This document shows positions 62,659 through 64,000 of a stretch of DNA of 64,000 bases, piece by piece. Made by a program: the position numbers and the translations under genes. The stretch lies in NCBI GenBank assembly GCA_904063045.1, contig CAJFCJ010000009.1, forward strand, positions 352,942 through 416,941, read 5' to 3'. Each line of letters starts with the position of its first letter. Within the stretch, counting starts at the first letter, position 1. The stretch comes from Dimorphilus gyrociliatus. Taxonomy: Eukaryota; Animalia; Annelida. The notes beneath the pieces are model-generated. The model made no database searches and was not told the origin of the DNA. It saw nothing but the letters and a program-made list of their open reading frames with translations.

Positions 62659-63943
62659 ATGAAATACTTTGCGGCTTTGCTTCTATTGCCTTTTGCCTTG
62701 TAATTTTAATACATATTTAACGATGAGAGTACAGTTACGTATATTATCTCGTTTTTCTTTTTTATTTTCAGTTGTGCTGAGGTTTGTTATCCACCATGCG
62801 GATGCTTTAATGATGATCCTCCATTCGAGGGAGATTGGTTACCGGAACCCATTGAAGAACAGGATATTACATACGAACTCTTTACAAGAAATAATCGCGA
62901 TGATCCTATTGACTGTACCTTAGACCAATTACCGTAAATAGATCATTTAATATCATATTAAAACTGAACTAATTAACAGTTTTTTAAATTTAGAAACGAA
63001 TTTGATCAGAATAAGCCAACTAAATTCGTTTGGCACGGATGGAATGGTCGATCGGCTTCCCATTACGCAACTAAAGATGCTATTTTGGACCATGTCGATG
63101 CCAATGTTTTTGTTGTTGATTGGCCAGGCGCTACCGATTTAGTATATTTTCAGGTAACAAAAATTAACACAGCTTTCTTATATTCTTTCATATAATATGA
63201 TTTTTCTATAGGCTGTTGCCAATGCCCGTTTGGCCGGTAGCTGTACTGGAGTATTTACTAAAAGATTACTTGATAGATTCGGTGGAGATATCGATACCTA
63301 CCATTGTGTTGGCCATAGCTTGGGCGCTCATGTTTGTGGATATTATGGAGATATGATGAATTACACTTACAGTTTGGTTTTAGGAAGAGCCACTGGTCTT
63401 GATCCCGCCGGTAAGAATTTTGCTTAGAATTGTTTTTAAAAGAGCAACGCAATGTAATTCATTATAAAGGTCCTGGTTTCGATGGTGGAGATCCAAGATT
63501 CCGTCTTGACAAAGAAGATGCTAGATTCCAAGATAATATCCATACCAATACTAAGGGTTTCATCTATCTCGGTCTTGGAAAACCAGTTGGTGACGTAGAC
63601 TTCTTCCCAAATAAGGGAGATTTCCAACCTCCTTGCGAAGATGGTAGCTGCTCTGATCACAGTGTTTGTGTACGATACTTTAGGATTTCAATGGATAAAG
63701 ATCAATGCCAATACACTGCATATCCCTGCAACAGCGATGACGATGCCGACGATGTAAACACAAATATACTTAAAATGATTTTCTTTTATCTAAACATTCT
63801 GTATTTTCCAAAAATAGGGTAAATGTGAAACATGTACAGCAGGCGTTGATTGTCAAAGAATGGGATACTATGCCGACACTATGCCAGGTAGAGGAACCTT
63901 TTTCTTGAGAACTACACCTAACCATCCTCACTGTGAAAATTAA
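62659..63943 (+). CDS. Secreted pancreatic-lipase-family lipase/phospholipase A1-like, copy 2
   Basis: MKYFAALLLLPFAL/CAEVCYPPCGCFNDDPPF, VWHGW, GHSLGAH, GLDPAG, SDHS; ends NHPHCEN*. Confidence 0.92.
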
Positions 63944-64000
63944 ATAAAACATAAGCGGACTCTTATTAACCTTCAAAGAAATGCGATGTGTTATACAATA

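Noticed and set aside
60778-63943. Lipases as trans-acting thioesterases for the TE-less synthase (biosynthetic cluster)
   Set aside because: They are ~50 kb away, separated by housekeeping genes, and carry signal peptides (secreted), whereas the synthase is cytosolic.
1-64000. CRISPR arrays, rRNA, tRNA, intact transposase or reverse transcriptase genes
   Set aside because: None seen. The rRNA-like words at 18150, 18445 and 42356 are short antisense snoRNA guides, not rRNA genes.

Overview
This is AT-rich, very gene-dense eukaryotic (metazoan) DNA with mostly 45-70 nt GT-AG introns and short intergenic spacers. The architecture resembles compact invertebrate genomes such as the annelid Dimorphilus; that species guess is unverified. 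About 20 protein-coding genes were spliced by hand. The highlight is a 12-exon, ~2197-aa type I FAS-like megasynthase at 4091-11357 (minus strand) with domain order KS-AT-DH-pseudoMT-ER-KR-ACP. It stops 42 residues after the ACP serine with no thioesterase, and its ER NADPH-binding loop is degenerate (QSATSAVG instead of HSGSGGVG). It is therefore a candidate animal FAS-like polyketide synthase making a non-standard, possibly polyene, product. Next to it (1-3600) lies a deleted tandem copy in which near-identical and heavily decayed blocks alternate. Other genes: CNIH4, USP12/46, RPL21, TXNDC9, EXT1 (apparently dead GT64 domain), a catalytically dead PARG-like protein, a head-to-head pair of orphan Pro/Tyr-rich genes, a 2-EF-hand protein, RPL4, DERL1, POLK, ERMP1, MPDU1, GUK1, three SOCS-box genes and two tandem lipases. 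Three intronic box C/D snoRNAs with rRNA antisense guides were found in RPL21 and RPL4. No CRISPR, rRNA, tRNA or recognisable intact transposon was seen.
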